NCBI RefSeq assembly: GCF_006345805.1
Contig: NW_021832231.1
Coordinates: forward strand, 248,001-312,000
Direction of reading: 5' to 3'
Source: Octopus sinensis
Taxonomy: Eukaryota
DNA: 64,000 nucleotides
Shown: one piece after another, positions 22,819-34,589 of the stretch
How the letters are laid out: every line of letters starts with the position of its first letter
How positions within the stretch are numbered: position 1 is the stretch's first letter
Translations under genes and position numbers: made by a program
Notes under the pieces: generated by a model
The model's input: only the letters and a program-made list of their open reading frames with translations
What the model was told of the DNA's origin: nothing
The model's database searches: none

Positions 22819-23768
22819 AACAAGTCGACCTGCGCTATTTCACTCTCCACCAACGAGGGTTCGAAGTCGGTCACAACTTGAACATAAAACACCCCAAAAT
22901 CATTCTAATATAACACTAAAATTCAACATTTGTCAAAATATCTGATAAAACGTGATCGAAGTGGTCAGTCAGTTCGGAATACTAGAAATAACGAGGAAAA
23001 AAACATTGTTTGTTGAAATTGACTGGAAATGTGATTTTATTCCGAGAGTAGTCTCCAAAGTGTCATCAATCGTCCTCCGAAGAGAGCTCTACAAACTCCA
23101 CAGGCTAAAAAACTGACCAAATGTGACTGGTCGGTTCTTTTGGTGATTTGTACGATCACAATAGGCGACGGTTGAGAAAGAGACTGAGAGAATGTGATGG
23201 GAAACTTTGGGTAACATGTCATTTATACAGATTTTTCTTGGGTTAGGACATTCCAAAGAAGCTGAGGATCGTACAACAGGTTGGATCCTTTGCGATAGTT
23301 CACGGATATGAAAGACGAGATAAATAATCCAATTAAAAAATACATTTTTGTATTATTAAGTCCAAACCACAAATCCACCTGAACAAATTATTTTAAAATG
23401 AAATATTAAAATTAATTTATAAATTTAAAAATAATAAAACAAAAATGTCTGAAGATGCACAAATAAATATGGAGAATTCAACTTCTATTAGAGGTTTATC
23501 CATGTGTGACACAATGAAATACTTAATGTTGCTGACTGTCTTAATTCCAACAAAATAAACGTTTTGGAATGGCCAAGTTAATTTTCAGACTTTAATCCAA
23601 TTTAAAATTTAGGGAAAATTTTTAAAACCAAAAATGTTTAATGACACTTGAAGAATCTCACAATTTGAAAAATAATTTATGTTCGTTCTATGATTTTTCT
23701 GCTCTATTGTATAACTAGCAATAAAGAAATCGATTTACATTGGTTAAATAACTATTTTTAGTTATTAT

Positions 23769-24757
23769 AAGGGCAACATTTTTTTGACTTAAAAATACAA
23801 ATTGCCCTTAGAGAGTCAATTTAATAGACCGTAAAATTTCAAAAATTGACTAAACAAATTGAAGAAATTGACCTAAGAAATATTATTTACAACCTAAAAT
23901 TTGAAATAATTTTATACATTTTTTTTGTGAAATTAAGTCATTTTATAAAATAGTTCACTCCTATCGCCGTCGAGACTTCCGGCGTCATCGGCGAAAAGTC
24001 TTTTTCCTTTTTGAAAAAGCTAGGCCGCATGATTTCCCATAAACGGGGATTTCCTTGGCTATAGTACGTGGAAACTGTGTTTCCATTTTATACATTGTTT
24101 ATCAAGTTATTAACAATCAAGTAATATTTTACATTTTCCGATTTACAATTTCTATCCTTTGTTAAGATTTTGTTTAGAATCGGAAATGATTCTTCACTAC
24201 GCACGATATAGCTTAACATTCAATCAATACAGATTAATCCAAAGGTGAAATGATCGTAGAAATTCATCTTTTTTAATCATCTTTTTTAATCTAATTGTTT
24301 ATTCCACATACGTCTGAAATAATTAATATTTTTTACTCTTTGTGGTTTTATTAATAAAATGAAATTAATTGAAGTTAATCTTAATTCAAGGTCAATGTAA
24401 CAGGCTGCCCATAGGTATCGCGTGGCCCATGTGACATTATCGTCGTTAGATCTTCATGAAGTTGTTCATTAAATAAACATTCTTTCACTCTTTTAATAAG
24501 CAAAGGATTCCGTTCTAAGGTTTAAAATTAAGACCTAATTATATTTTTTAAATTTATATTTAAAAATTGACCTAATTACAAAAGTTGACCTAAAAATCCA
24601 AAAATTGACCAAATTGACCTGACAAACTTTTTTGGACATTTTTTTAATTAATCATCAGATAATCAGATAATTAAGTTATTATTATTTTTATGATTGGCGG
24701 ATTGCCATTATTTTTAGACTAAAATCGAAATTGACTTTATTGACTTATGTTGCCCTA
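23769..24757. mobile_element. Non-autonomous hAT-type element (~990 bp)
   Basis: TIRs AAGGGCAACAT (23769) and ATGTTGCCCTA (24747-24757); 8-bp TSD GTTATTAT / GTTACTAT with one mismatch; many subterminal AATTGAC(C/T)(T)AA repeats at both ends. Confidence 0.75.
23954..24120 (+). mobile_element. Diverged CRE-clade 3' fragment nested in the hAT element
   Basis: FTPIAVETSGVIGEKSFSFLKKLGRMIS..ISLAIVRGNCVSI, homologous to FTPIALESSGIFGPKTLRFLRSLGRRIS..LSIAVIRGNVFAI of the 810-aa ORF. Confidence 0.8.
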
Positions 24758-24941
24758 GTTACTATTCTCTTTTATAGATGCCAATCCTAGGCAAAATGGC
24801 ATTTAAAATCCATTTTATAAGGTCATCTTTTGTGATAAAATTTGTTATTTAATATGTAATTGTTTAATTAATTGTTTAATTATTTATTGGCTAACCTAAA
24901 ATAGAAATAAAAGAATTAACTCATTTGTTAAATATAGCAAC

Positions 24942-25770
24942 ATGAGGACTGTTCCGCGCCCATTCATAATCGGTGTGGCAGGAGGTAGTGCATCTGGAAA
25001 AGTACAGTTAACATATTTCCAACCAACAGACATACTTCTGCAACTTATTAACAGAAAAAATTGGCTCTCAATATGACTTGAACGACATCCAAATATTCAC
25101 TCTCGACAGCTTCTACAAGGAACTCAACCCCGAGGAATTAGCCGCAGCGTACAACGGTGACTACGACTTTGACAATCCAGGTCACTTTGTCCCACTTACA
25201 AATAGAAGCATTTGACATGGATTTGGCCATCGAGAAACTAAATGATGTGATGCAGTTTAAGCCCGTCGAAATCCCAGTGTACGACTTCAAGACCCACAGT
25301 AGGTTGGTGCTAGAATTTGACTGTGTTAGAGTCAAGGACAAAGTCAAGGAAATCCCGCCGTCGAGGGTGATCATCATCGAAGGAATCCTGACATTTCATA
25401 ACAAAACAATCAGTGAAGTGTGCGATCTTAAATTATTCATCAAATGTGATGCAGAAACTAGGCTTATTCGTAGAAGTTAATGTTCGTATATAATTTTGAC
25501 AGTTCGGAGAGACATGCAGTCACGTGGGAGGGACATTGATGGAATTTTAAAGGTCTATGAGCGGTTTGTCAAGCCCAACTTTGATCGGTTCTGCGCCCCT
25601 GTAAGAGTGTTTGTATAATTGATAGACCGAATCCAAGGCAAATCTCATAATTCAGTCCAACAACAGGATTGAAAGTTGATGTACATTTTAGGCATTGACT
25701 AGATTCAATTGACGTTATCGGGCAGCATATAAAATACAACCTGTCACAAAATAATGGAAATCATAATTGA
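24942..25770 (+). CDS. UCK: Uridine-cytidine kinase
   Basis: PFIIGVAGGSASGK P-loop; LDSFYKEL; DFDNPEAFD; IPVYDFKTHSR; IIIEGIL; RLIRRIRRDMQSRGRD; FVKP. Six introns of 25-28 nt. Confidence 0.95.
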
Positions 25771-26118
25771 TTATTAATTAATTAGTTGATTTTTTTAATT
25801 TTTTTAACATCGAGACTGAGGTAAAAACAGGAAAAATTAAACACGGGATGCACTATTAAGTCTTTTTGATTTTTCTCCTATTTTTTGATGATAAAAGCGG
25901 GCCCATGAAAATTTGAGTTGATAATAAAATTATAATTAAACAAATTATAACGTGCTTTTTCTAATTAAAAATTGCTACTAATTGATGCGAAATTATTATT
26001 TATTGAAAAATAATCATAAATTTTATTTCGATAGTATTCACCAAACTACTGAATAAATTTTATCCAAAACGATTGAAATCTTTTAATTTTATTTTCACGG
26101 CATTACTAAATTTTATAG

Positions 26119-26470
26119 CAGTGATTCTCAACTTTTTTTGGTGTACCAAAAAAAACGTCAATGTACCAAACCAAGTTATTTCGTGTACCAAAGAAACAAA
26201 GACTTATTTAATTTTTTAATTAATTTTATTGACTTAAAATCTTTTTTTAACTATTTAATGAGAGCCTTGGTTTTCTTGCATTTTAATTAGTTCCTGAATA
26301 TCAGGGTCCAAGCGTGTTAAAAATAATCTGACATCTCGTCGCGAGCAAATATTAAGCTTGTTACGTTCATCGCTCAATATTCAGTTTATTATGCTGAATC
26401 TTGATTCTACAAGATATGTTGTTGGAAAACATAAAAAAATTTTAATTATTTGTTCCCAAATCTTTGGAAT
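26119..26470 (-). mobile_element. 3' end of a hAT Buster/Charlie element (hATC dimerisation domain plus TIR)
   Basis: FPTTYLVESRFSII..RNKL..RLFLTRLDPDIQELIKMQENQGSH* (stop 26255-26257); TIR CAGTGATTCTCAAC at 26119. Confidence 0.8.
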
Positions 26471-27661
26471 TTTGTCTTAAAATTTTTTTTTTCGCCAAAA
26501 GGTAGACAAATCCTGGCTTTCAAACAAAATCTTGTAAGAATAATTATATTTAATTTCTATAAAAAATAATATAATAAAAAATGTCACAGGCTTGAAAGGA
26601 CCCCCAGGCTTGAAGGGACCTACCCTAATTAGATATTTCATATACTTAATAATAAAAATATCCAAAAGGAGCAACCGTACATACTTGATAGATAGATAAG
26701 GGTTTGTTTTGCAAAGGGATATCGGACATAAAAGAAATTAAGGGCCAGTAGTGGCCTTACACACAGGGTCGTCCGGAGCTATTTTCTTCTCTTCTCTAGG
26801 AACTTTTGGAATTGGGTTTCAACAAGCTCGCCAATCATAGGAAAGACTTTGCGCCAGCTCGGTATTTTCTCTCTTAGATTTACGCCGAAGGCCACCTTGA
26901 GCGCTAATCTCCTCGTTTTCTCCAGCAGTTTTATAATTCTTGCCTTGGAGGGGGACAAAATCCACCCTTCCAGCCCATACATCAGTACTGGAAGGATAGC
27001 TGCCTGGAAGATGAATAGCACAGTATCTGGGGGTAGGCGGAATTTGATCAGGCACTTGATCATTTGTGTGCACCGTTTTTTCCTTAGAATGATATCTTCC
27101 TCACACCTTCCGTTCTCGGAAAATTGGACTCCCAGGTACAGAAACGAGTAGGTCCTCCGGATGGATTCGATCGTATATGGTAACATTTTCGCAGTTCTTT
27201 TTGCCGACACTCTAGTGAGCGTGCATTTCTCGATTTACAGAGTCAAGTATTTCACTGCCATCCACTGTTGTATTTGTTCTAAGTAAATTTTTAGCTTCAT
27301 TTCTGACGTCGTCGGAAGGGCTGCTTCGTCCGTGATAATGACGCCATCTGCATAGATGAGCACATTCATTGAGATGAACACAGGTTTAGGGAAGTCTGCA
27401 ATATATACGTTGAATAGTAGCGGGCTTAGGAAGGGTTTCCGCATTAATGTCGCAATTCACAAGATTTTCCAGCAAAACTGAGTGACAGACACTGTCGAAA
27501 GCCTTCGATACATCCAAGCAGATAATACTGGTCGATAAGTCAGTCTCGTGCTTTAGATACTATCGAATTCAGTCGATAGATGCAGTCAGCACAGGACCGG
27601 CCCGGACGAAAACCCCACTGATCGTGGGAGAGCCAGTGATTCTTTTCTATGTGGCGTACTA

Positions 27662-29220
27662 CAGTACCGGTCATATGTTTTAGACATTCTGAAAAAATCC
27701 CAGTGTTTGATTTTTCTAAAGAAAAATCTTATTAAAAAATGCTTTTCATTAAGCATTATCCATTTTTTTTAGTTATTTATTTTTTCCCAATCTCATCGTC
27801 ACTGTATTTTCGACATCTTGATCTTTTTATAGATTTTGTCGAAACTGGCCCAGTCATATGTTTTAGACATTTACGATGCACATCCATAATCTGGAATTTT
27901 TAAAGTTAAAACGAGTTTTTATTAATTAAAACACAAGTTAGTATTTAGTTACATCTCCTTTTTTTTCGATATTACATCATGTATTCTATTTGGATCGACA
28001 AATACAAGTTTTGAATATAATCATCTCCCATCTTGTTCCATTCATCTTTTGCCATCTCCCATAGTTGCTTAACGTTCTGAGGGTTTCTATTTCTGATTTT
28101 GCTCTTTAAATAATGCCAGCAATTTTCTATTATGTTAAGATCTGGCGATTGTGCAGGCCAATTGTTTAAAATATTCACTCCTTTTTCAAGCAAATAATTT
28201 TTTGTAGACCGTGAAGTATGACATGATGCACCATCTTGTTGGAAAATAAAGTTATCATCATATATCTCAAAAAGCCCTTGTTCCAAGATTCGTTGATATT
28301 CTACGGAATCTACATTTCCTTCGCACAATATCAAGGCACTTTTTCCATCGTGTCTGATACCGCCCCAAACCATGATTGAAGGTGCGAATTTCTGAGTTTT
28401 CGTTGTGTAGTTCGAATTGAATCTATTTCCAGGAGGTCTCATTACGAATTCTCGTGCTTTCGAAATTAATTCGATGCGGCACTCGTCAGTAAAAATGACC
28501 TTATTCCAATCGAATGAAATGTTTCTAGTGCAGAATATTTTTCTCTTCTTGATATTATTAGTTGAAAGTCTAGGTTTTTGGCTGCTATTCTTACGAAAAG
28601 TTCATTTTTGCGTAAGATTCTTCGTACAGTTTCGACACTGACGTTTTCCGTAATATTTAGGTCTTTTCTGATTTCATTCGCTGTTTTTTTGGGAAAACGT
28701 CGAGACTCACGTACAAGATTCCTTTGAGCACGTGCCGAAAGAATACAATTTCTTCCAGATTTTGGTCTGTCGTAAAACCCATTTCCATCCAAATACCGTT
28801 GGTAAGTGTGATTTACGGCGCATCTGGATATTCCAAGTAAAATCGATATTTCCTGTACGGTATGACCATTTTCTCGCATAAAAACAATTCTATGACGCTG
28901 TTCAACAGAAAGTCGTGGCATACTGCTTTCAAATTAATTTAAAACACGTTTCCGATACGAAAAATAGAAAAAAAGTATAAATTTTATTGAAATATAATGA
29001 ATTAAATAAAATGTCTAAAACATATGACTGGGCCAATTTCGACAAAATCCTTAAACATATGAAGAAGTCGAAGATAAAGCGAAGATAAGATATGAAAATG
29101 ATAAATATATAAATAATATAGATAATACTTACTAAAAAACTTTTATTTTATTGGATTTTTCTTTAGAAAAATCAAACACTGGGATTTTTTCAGAATGTCT
29201 AAAACATATGACCGGTACTG
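27662..29220 (-). mobile_element. Tc1/mariner IR/DR transposon (DD35E), young
   Basis: TA TSD at 27660-27661 and 29221-29222; 67-bp identical terminal inverted repeats CAGTACCGGTCATATGTTTTAGACATT...; inner repeats at ~27832-27872 and ~29009-29049. Confidence 0.97.
27938..28921 (-). CDS. Tc1-family transposase with three apparent indels in homopolymer runs
   Basis: Paired-like HTH MPRLSVEQRHRIV..SGR; IFTDE, MVWGG, QQDGASCH, WPAQSPDLNIIE (35 residues between D and E); restored C-terminus KKGDVTKY*. Confidence 0.9.
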
Positions 29221-29559
29221 TAGCCTTCTGTAGACGATTCTCTCCATTATCTTTGATATAGAGCAGATTAGGCTTATGGGCCTATAGCTCGAGGCTTCCT
29301 CTTTAAGTTTCTTAGGTTTTCGAGCCATTCGAACTTCAGTTTTTTTCCATGATTTTTGGACGTACCCTCTCTGGAGACTGGAATTGAAGAGGTTTGTAAG
29401 CAAAGACACCAAACAGCTTGGTGCATGCTTGAAGCAGGATGCACTATTATAGAAACATAATGTAAAGAAAAACTAATTAAATCCCCACATGAGACTGTTG
29501 TTTGATCATATTTTTTCAGGATGCGGGGTTGCATGTTATACTCTTGCGATTATAAGGTC

Positions 29560-30850
29560 GTTTTTATTTTTCAGCTCTCTTTTAATTCGTCGGTATCCGA
29601 ATAGGCTTAACGGCTAATGTCTATAGTTACTGGTCTACTGTTTCAGATTTTCTGCAGTCAGTTGATGCTAATAGAAGTCTTAACTATCTTCTGTGGAACG
29701 CATCGAGGGATTTTAGTTCAGACTCAGATTCCCCCATGTTCCTTCGTTGTACAAAAGTATAGACTTAACATAAGAATTGTTTAACTTGACACGTAAGGCT
29801 GTTCCACCCTTGGGTTTGTAGCCATGTGGTCCGCAGGTTGTCAAGTGCAACAATCGAAACCATCTTTCTCCTCATAATGTCTTCACTATCTCTTAGGAGT
29901 GTTCCAACTTTTTTTGCGTTTCGCCATTTTTCGTTTATTCTGTTTGCCTCCCGGTTGATTTTTGCATGCGAAGTTTTTTTTCATCTTTACTTTCAAGAAT
30001 CATTCTTTCAGTGCATGAGAACAATGTTTGGCAGTTCTTTAAGTGTCGACTTATTATGAAACAAAAAGTCTACATCGTCGGAATAAATAACTTTAGTTAT
30101 TGACTTAGTCAACAAGCTTTCTTAGATCTTTTACCGCCGAAAGACCTTGATTCTACGTTCCCGATCTTCACTGTCAACTTGATGTTTATATGTAATAATG
30201 CTCGACGGAAACGGTTGGAAGTGTTCTTGAGAGCCTTTTCCTCTCGAATCTCTAATTAAACATAAAAAAGAAAGAAACAACGGAGAAGATGAATACGTTG
30301 TCTCATTAAATTTCTCTTTTTTTTCGGCTAGAAGGAGCACCGGGCAAATATGAGGACCTTCCTCAAAGAAGCCGGGATCACCTGATTAATTAGTTTTATG
30401 TTTTAGAGGGTGATCTTGGTTCTAATAATAATTATTATTATGATAAAGTCAACATCAAAAATAGTTTTGAGGACTTTTATTAGATTGTCTCTGCGGATTG
30501 TATCCAATGCCATGCTAATATCAATGTCTAATATTTTGGTAGCCATATCAAATTTCTGAGATTTGGCCAGATTTATCTATGCGCTCATATTACATCTGCA
30601 GTTAATTTCCTATATCTGAATCTACTTTGAATAGATAACAGATAGTCATTGACAGAATTTTTAAGGCGTTTTAGTGTTGCGAGTAAGAAGATATTGTGTC
30701 TAAAAGTATGATCGGTCGAATGTTCTTAAAGAAACTGGCGCCTTGTGTTTTTGAAGAGAAATCAATGTTATTTTTCTAATAGGTAATATGGTATTAGTAT
30801 GGAGTATCTCGTTCATGAAATTTGTGATAATAGTTGAGATGGGAGTACTT
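29560..30850 (-). mobile_element. Degenerate RTE-like LINE (same family as 16907-18140)
   Basis: KNIRPIILL..DISMALDTI at ~30450-30750; KVIYSDDVDF, WRNAKKVGTLL..DIMRRK and LDAFHRR at ~29600-30100; an unrelated ~300 bp lies between. Confidence 0.7.
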
Positions 30851-31064
30851 TATCATTTCTTTCATGGGAAACAAATAACTAATTTGTTTATGTCCTCGTG
30901 TTGTTTAATCAAAGAACTACTGAAAATTGTAAAGAAATCATATTTATGAAACATTTATTCAAATTCCATGTGTGGGAATTGTGGTTTTTAAGGTTTATTT
31001 TATTATGTGAATAACAAATTGATGTATAACGATTTAATTAGTTATCAAAATTTGTTGATATAGT

Positions 31065-32450
31065 TTATAATCTTTTGAATTTTGTATTGATATTTATGAT
31101 GGTGTCCGACAAGGATGAAGAATTTTCGGAATATGTTCCATCTTTGCAGTGTTCTGTGGCGTGAAGAATACAGACGGGCAAGGAACTAAATATAATTTTA
31201 CAAATTTCGCAAGAAAAGGCGATTTGTGCACCATTGGAGTCAATATAATTGACTTCGCTAATTAAACTTTTTGAAGGGAAGAAAGTTGTTTGTTTGTTTA
31301 ACACTTCACCCTACGTTTTATTCAATCAAAAAGCCTTTTGATTAGTATCAAATTTGCCCATGAAACCGATTTTGATATTTCTGTTATCAAACATGGTATT
31401 ATATCGATATGTCTCATAATCTTGGAAAGTCTCTCGTTTCTCAATTTTTGGAACATAAACATGCCCAGCATCATAAAAACCCTGATACAACATTTCCTTA
31501 CAGTCCCTCGTTCGACATCCGTTGGTCAGCAAAATATCATTTCCACAATTTCGTCTGCCATTTTGTAGTTTTTGAAATCGGTTTTCCCAGGATTTGCTTA
31601 AAGCAATTGGAATGTTGTGATCTCTCCTTAAGTGATATTTCAGCGTAGAAAAGGCCCTGAATTTGCATTTGCACAACTATTACTAAGGCCCTTATCTCTT
31701 ACAGAACAGCAGAAAGGTATCTCTCCAGTGTGGACTCTATTGTGGCGCTGGTATTCCGCCTTTTTGTGAAACGTTTTTCTGCACAATTCACATAAAAATG
31801 ATTTTTTCTTGTTTGGAATGTCTCTTTCTGGAGTTTTATCAAAACCAGAATTTGTCGTTGAGGTTTCATTTTCCTTATCAAATAAAAAACAAATCAAAAC
31901 ATTTGAAATTGATAGACATTCTATATCACAGGACAAACTATTCAGTAATAACAAAAAACAACTTCAAATGATTGTCATATTTTGGAATGTCATGATATTC
32001 GTTATTTCCTTTCGCATTCCCGTTGCATTCGTTTTTGTTTGAGTTATTTGAACTAATCAAATTTCTCTCTTTGAACTTCTTCAGTAGTTGCAATCGCTCT
32101 TCTTTAAATTTGTTCGAAATGTTTGTGCCGTCTGAGCATATTCCGTGGTGAATAAATTTGTGAATCTGGGCTGTCCTCTTGGCTTTGAACGTCTTATTGC
32201 ATAGCTTAATCAAATAAAAATTGACAAAATTAAACAGAACAAGAAAACGGTTTTTCACCAGTGTGCATTCTGATATGTCTTTTAAGGTCGGCCGGGGTCC
32301 TTTTGATTACCCCACAAAAGTGGCAGGTCTTTTGGCTGTAAGTTGGTCTATAAATATCGAAGATTTCGTCAGGGAACCTAGTCGGAGATGCGTCCATGAA
32401 TTCAGTCAAATGTGCTAAAATAAATTATACTAGTATCTACTGTTGTTCAT
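31065..32450 (-). CDS. Multi-C2H2 zinc-finger protein (apparent stop and frameshift in finger 1)
   Basis: [23 protein letters not shown]|LCNKTF..HKFIH; [22 protein letters not shown]; [20 protein letters not shown] linkers with micro-introns. Confidence 0.8.
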
Positions 32451-33699
32451 TTTTAAATATAGGTCACTTTCAGCTCAAATATGATTCAGCGGCAAACTTT
32501 TATGGTATTTCATTATATAGATATTTGTCTAACCGCATTTTATAGCGCATAAATTTACATAAACAATAAACCGATCTTTTAAGGTCGTCTGGCGTCTTTG
32601 GTCTCATAAATGTCTTAATTAGTTGTACAGTTCTAGAATTGCACGTTCTTTGGTTGTTGTTAAAAAATGTGTGTGGTTATAATTATTTCTTGCTTTTTAA
32701 CATCTGTACACATTGGCTGCATTGATATATTTTATTTGTGTACAAAAAAGGGAGAATCTCTTTAGAAGTTGAATTTATTTACTATCACTGAAAAAACAAA
32801 CAACAATGATTAAAGCAAGGTGATTCAAGAGATTACAAAACTATTTAATTATTAAAACGCGTTCACTTCTCACACCTGAAAGAAGGCTACTAAAGCTATG
32901 AAATTCAGTTCTTTGAGAGCACAAAACCCTCTCATTTATAGTCCTAGGTCATCAAATAGTACCTAATTTTGAGTGAAACATTCCCGGCTACACAGAAGAG
33001 ATTATTTTTAATAATGCTTACCAGCCTGAAAATGCAATTAAGCTGGATAAATTATAATCATTAAACATCAAAAATACAACTCGGAAATATATCCAAATCC
33101 CAATCCAATAAACTCGGGTCAGGAAATGTACAAAAAGCACGATCAGTTGCAATACAATCGCTTATCTTAATTTCACTCAAATAATCAATAATTTGAAAAT
33201 AATCGAATATTGTGGTAACACGTGCACAAAATATCTCAAAATTAATATTATTAAAAATAGACAAAGCTGTTAGGGGAATTATGAGTTATTAACATTGAGA
33301 GTTTGCTGAACAACGAGATCGACGACTTTATCACGAGTCAAGGAAACCACTGTGTCCAATTGCGAGATTTTCTGTTTTACCTGCATCAAAATTTTGTCAT
33401 CCTCAGATTTGATGGCATTTTTTATCTATTGATTAACTAATTTAATAACTAACTTTATTTTCATATTCTTTGAACTCGATTTCTCTATCTTTTTTATACT
33501 TTTCTGCTTCATTTTGAGACTCCTCTTTTGCCCGTTTTAGTTCACGGACTTTAACTAAAAGTATTCTCTGAGCAAAATACATTCACGTGCCTCAGCTATC
33601 TTTTGGCCAGCCCTTTTTTCGGCTGAAAGTAACTGCTGAATGCTCTCAGATTGTAAAACCATTACAACAGAATTCAAATAGCACTAACCACAATCAAAT

Positions 33700-34330
33700 C
33701 AAATGTAATTCTAATATTAGAAAAACTAATATTATATGGATATATAAATAAAATAGTAAAAGAAGACCAGGACAGCAGAATAGATAAGCAGTAAGTGTTC
33801 GTCAGCACAGCGAATGTTACAGAAGGGGGAGATCGAAATGTCCATTTTGTGTGCATAGTGGTTTAGTGAGTTGTTATGGTCAGAGCGGACACAAGCGATG
33901 TTTATCTGAGCGGAACGGTCAAGAAGCATTTCTGAGGGGTGAACATCTGGTGGCAATTTATTGAGCACCGTGTAAGGCGTCAGCTTGAAGATTGCCGACG
34001 TTGAAATCGAATCGTAAATTCTTTTCATTGGATGTAAACATCGGTGCAGGCCATCGATTTTAGCAAGGGTCCGGGAATATAGATTTGCCGGGGTATTTTT
34101 CAGTGAACGAAGATTTAAGCGAAACAAGGATGATAGGGATTTCGCGATGCAAATATGAATTGTGCTCCTCTCATATTTAAATGTTCTTGGGACATTGTCG
34201 TCTCAGTCAGATCATTGTGGGCAGATCATAAGGATTTCCTTTGCTTGCAACATGAATCGGGGATCACGGGGGATTCTAATTAACTGGCTTACCCTGGTCC
34301 TTTGGTCAATAAAATGTCTTTAAATGTTCT
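33700..34330 (-). mobile_element. Degenerate non-LTR retrotransposon 3' region (Ingi/Vingi/I-like)
   Basis: LPPDVHPSEMLLDRSAQINIACVRSDHNNSLNHYAHKMDISISPFC resembles the AQLRSGH..LN.Y..RI..CP.C zinc-knuckle region. Confidence 0.5.
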
Positions 34331-34589
34331 TCAATCGGCTTGTTTCACAGGTGAAATATTAAAAGGAAATTAATTTTACTATAGGATACTAGTATAGAAT
34401 TAAATATTGTTTTAAAAAAATTAGAACGAGCAAAGAAGAATTAAAATCAAGATATTTCGTAAAAATTGATTACCTATTTTGATAGTATATATTTGGAAGT
34501 ATAATTATATATTGGTCACCCATTATATATATATTGTGTTTCTAAGATAAATTTTTAAAATTAGTTACCTCTAATTCTGTAATTTTAAA

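Larger units (their letters stand above)
26688..29540 (-). mobile_element. Jockey/I-like LINE RT region with (TATC)n tail, split by the Tc1 insertion
   Basis: SYRPISLICSISKIMERIV (right of Tc1) continues to LDVSKAFDSVCH, LSPLLFNVYIAD, IYADG and FLYLGV (left of Tc1); tail TTGATAGATAGATAAG at ~26686-26700. Confidence 0.85.

Noticed and set aside
26586-26620. Two-unit repeat CAGGCTTGAA(A/G)GGACC
   Set aside because: There are only two units and no spacer array; it is probably a transposon subterminal motif, not CRISPR-like, and no partner end was found.
28570-28585. IS630-style programmed -1 frameshift between the HTH and DDE halves of the Tc1 transposase
   Set aside because: The context C AAA AAC is not a proper X XXY YYZ heptamer, and two more homopolymer indels downstream favour error or mutation.
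32900-33300. Possible LINE-like peptide SNKLGSGNVQKARSVAIQSL
   Set aside because: It is a single weak motif and insufficient to call.
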